Origin: Halomicrobium mukohataei DSM 12286
GTDB taxonomy: Archaea > Halobacteriota > Halobacteria > Halobacteriales > Haloarculaceae
Assembly: GCF_000023965.1 (NCBI RefSeq)
Contig: NC_013202.1
Location: 2,850,001 to 2,882,000, forward strand
Reading direction: 5' to 3'
DNA length: 32,000 nucleotides
The notes below the pieces were generated by a model that was not told the DNA's origin, did not search any database, and was given only the letters and a program-made list of their open reading frames with translations. A program made the position numbers and the translations under genes. Shown here piece after piece: positions 29,764 through 32,000 of this stretch. The stretch's first letter is position 1, and every line of letters starts with the position of its first letter.

Positions 29764-32000
29764 CTACGACTCGCGGACCGACTCGAGCAGGAGGCGCTGT
29801 TCGACCCGCTTGACCTCCTGTTGCACGTCGCGGACGGCGTCGACGTTGGCGCTGATCGAGGTGACGCCCTCGTTGACGAGGTAGCGGACCATCTCGGGCT
29901 TGGAGCCGGCCTGCCCGCAGATGCTCGTCGCCACGTCGTGCTCGCGGCAGGTCTCGATCGTGCGGCCGATCAGTTCGAGCACCGCCGGGTGAAGCTCGTC
30001 GAAGCGTCCCGCGACGGCCTCGTTGTTCCGGTCGACCGCGAGCGTGTACTGGGTGAGATCGTTCGTCCCGAACGAGGCGAAGTCGATCCCCGTCTCGCAC
30101 AGTTGCTCGATGCCCAGCGCGCTGGCCGGCGTCTCGACCATCACCCCCCACGTTCGCTTGTCGGGGTCGATACCCGCCGCTTCGAGCAGCTGGCGGGCCT
30201 GCAACACGTCCTCGGCGTCGTTGACCAGCGGGAGCATGACCTCGACGTTGTCGTAGCCCAGATCGTACAGGCGAGCGATCGCGTCCAGCTCCAGCCGGAA
30301 CGTCTCCGGCCGGTCGAGGCTCCGGCGGATCCCCCGATAGCCGAGCATCGGATTGTGCTCGGCGGGCTCGTTCTCGCCGCCGTCGAGCTGCCGGAACTCG
30401 TCGGTCGGGGCGTCCAGCGTGCGGACCCGGACCGGACGCGGGTAGAACGCCTCGGCGACGGTCCGAACGCCGTCGACGATCTCGTCGACGTAGGCCCGTT
30501 CGCCGTGGTCTTCGACGTAGCGTTCGGGCGTCTTGCTCGTCGAGAGGATCATGTGCTCGATCCGCAACAGGCCGACGCCGTCGGCACCGGTCGCGGCGGC
30601 CCGCTCTGCGGCCGCGGGGATCGAGACGTTGACCTTGATCTCGGTGCCCGTCATCGGCTTGGCAGCGAGGCCGGCGTCGGTGCCGTCGCCGACCGACGAC
30701 GGCTCGGGCTCGTCGGCGGCAGCGGTCGCGCCGGGCTCGACGATCCCCTTGTCGCCGTCGATCGTCACGTCCTGGCCGTCCTGTAGCCGGTCGGTCCCGG
30801 CGTCGGTACCGACCACCGCGGGGACGCCAAGCTCGCGCGAGACGATCGCCGCGTGGCTGGTCATCCCGCCCTGGTCCGTGACGATCCCGGCGGCCCGCTC
30901 CATCGCCGGCACCATGTCCGGCGTCGTCATCTCCGTGACGATGATGTCGCCCGGTTCGACCTTGTCCAGCTGGTCGAGCTTGGAGACCAGCCGGACCGAT
31001 CCGGCGACCTGGCCCGGACTCGCCCCCAGCCCGGAGACGAGGACGCCGTCCTGCTGGCCGGTCATCGCGCCGCCGTCGGCGACCCCGGCGTCGGTCCCGT
31101 CGGCAGCCCCGCCCTCGTCGATCGTCGTGATCGGCCGGGACTGGAGGAGATACAGCGTGTCGTCGGCGATCGCCCACTCGACGTCCTGGGGCGTCCCGTA
31201 GTGGTCTTCGACCCGCTCGCCCATCTCGACGAGCTGATCGAGCGTCTCGGTCCCCAGGACGCGCTGCTCGCGCTTGTCGTCCGGGACCGCTCGCTCGACG
31301 GTGTCGTCGCCGTCCCGGACGTGCATCACCTTCTTCTCGGCGACGGTGACTTCCTCGACCCGACCGCTCTCGCGGTCGACGACGTAGTTGTCCGGCGAGA
31401 CCGCACCGGAGACGACCGCCTCGCCGAGTCCCCACGCGGCCTCGACGATGGCTCGCTCGGCTCCCGTCGAGGGGTGGCTCGTGAACAGCACGCCGCTCTC
31501 GTCGGCGTCGACCATCGCCTGGACGACGACCGCGATGTCGACCGCGTCGTGAGAGAAGCCCTGTTCCTGGCGGTAGTAGATCGCTCGCTGGGTGAACAGC
31601 GACGCCCAGCACTCCCGGACACGGTCGAGCAGGTCCGCCCGGCCGACGTTGAGAAACGTCTCCTGCTGGCCGGCGAAGGAGGCGTCCGGGAGGTCCTCCG
31701 CCGTCGCCGAGGAGCGGACCGCGACGACATCGTGGCCGAGGTCGTCGAACGCCACCAGCAGCTCGTCCCGGACCGAGTCTGGGACGGGGGTCTCCAGAAT
31801 CAGCTCCTGTGCGTGCTCCGCTGCGGCCGCCAGTGCCTGAGAGTCGTCCGTGTCCACGTCGACAGTCTCGGACAGCGCCGCCTCGATACCGGTGTCCTGT
31901 ACGAACGAGCGATACGTGTCGGCCGTAACGACGAACGCGGGCGGAACCGGGAGGCCAGCGCCCGCGAGTTCACCGAGAGATGCCGCCTTGCCGCCGACGC
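29764..32000 (-). CDS. ppsA: Phosphoenolpyruvate synthase (pyruvate, water dikinase); 5' end lies outside the window
   Basis: The frame is open to the window edge, and upstream of the track Met it reads ...GGKAASLGELAGAGLPVPPAFVVTADTY. Downstream motifs include VAVRSSATAEDLP, the phospho-His motif GGMTSHAAIVSRELGVPAVVG, and the C-terminal PEP-utilising TIM barrel (GVGLLRIEHM, FASFGTNDLTQ). Confidence 0.93.
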   Translation of the reverse strand, partial: VGGKAASLGELAGAGLPVPPAFVVTADTYRSFVQDTGIEAALSETVDVDTDDSQALAAAAEHAQELILETPVPDSVRDELLVAFDDLGHDVVAVRSSATAEDLPDASFAGQQETFLNVGRADLLDRVRECWASLFTQRAIYYRQEQGFSHDAVDIAVVVQAMVDADESGVLFTSHPSTGAERAIVEAAWGLGEAVVSGAVSPDNYVVDRESGRVEEVTVAEKKVMHVRDGDDTVERAVPDDKREQRVLGTETLDQLVEMGERVEDHYGTPQDVEWAIADDTLYLLQSRPITTIDEGGAADGTDAGVADGGAMTGQQDGVLVSGLGASPGQVAGSVRLVSKLDQLDKVEPGDIIVTEMTTPDMVPAMERAAGIVTDQGGMTSHAAIVSRELGVPAVVGTDAGTDRLQDGQDVTIDGDKGIVEPGATAAADEPEPSSVGDGTDAGLAAKPMTGTEIKVNVSIPAAAERAAATGADGVGLLRIEHMILSTSKTPERYVEDHGERAYVDEIVDGVRTVAEAFYPRPVRVRTLDAPTDEFRQLDGGENEPAEHNPMLGYRGIRRSLDRPETFRLELDAIARLYDLGYDNVEVMLPLVNDAEDVLQARQLLEAAGIDPDKRTWGVMVETPASALGIEQLCETGIDFASFGTNDLTQYTLAVDRNNEAVAGRFDELHPAVLELIGRTIETCREHDVATSICGQAGSKPEMVRYLVNEGVTSISANVDAVRDVQQEVKRVEQRLLLESVRES

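Noticed and set aside
28745-31612. 955-aa ORF on the minus strand, plus similar very long ORFs at 4185-6161, 18409-21018, 24383-27508, 14710-16281 and 15774-17165
   Set aside because: The translations are dominated by Arg/Pro/Gly/Ala runs with no recognisable motifs. They lie out of frame or antisense to genes with clear family signatures (ppsA, XPD, polX, metG, mal/mch). Such ORFs are the expected stop-codon-poor artefacts of a GC-rich genome. Only the last 316 codons of 28745-31612 (28745-29695) look like a real protein.
1-32000. Search for CRISPR arrays, IS elements/transposases, integrases and prophage remnants
   Set aside because: I saw no regularly spaced repeats of 25-40 nt, no terminal inverted repeats flanking an ORF, and no DDE or tyrosine-recombinase-like translations. 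The only repeats are the short intergenic ones reported above.

Overview
This is a high-GC window with acidic predicted proteins, twin-arginine signal peptides and TATA-like boxes about 25-30 nt upstream of many start codons. These traits indicate a haloarchaeal (class Halobacteria) chromosome, which is an inference from composition and gene content. I count about 30 protein-coding genes, tightly packed, plus many long Arg/Pro/Gly-rich ORFs that are out-of-frame or antisense artefacts of the GC content. I found no rRNA, tRNA, CRISPR array, transposase, integrase or other mobile-element signature. The centrepiece is a complete methylaspartate-cycle cluster at 11550-18181: mct on the minus strand, divergent from glmS-glmE-mal-mch-mcl. 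This is a known haloarchaeal acetate-assimilation pathway with patchy distribution. The other genes look like core housekeeping: MetRS, PEP synthase (5' end outside the window), MfnA decarboxylase, PolX, an XPD/Rad3 helicase, an ArsA/Get3 ATPase, an SPFH-NfeD pair, a PAS histidine kinase and a DedA protein, plus several conserved hypotheticals. I do not see a convincing new multi-gene system such as a defence island. The features most worth follow-up are: (1) the AT-rich palindrome-bearing control region of the methylaspartate cluster; (2) a translationally coupled Tat-lipoprotein thioredoxin plus a membrane protein with an intramembrane CxxC; (3) a tight operon of a hypothetical gene, PolX and a Mut7-C nuclease; (4) a 250-nt structured non-coding gap with a duplicated motif; (5) a cytoplasmic double NHL propeller; (6) a KaiC/RAD55-like protein that has lost its Walker A lysine. 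All functional calls rest on motif recognition by eye, and no database search was run.
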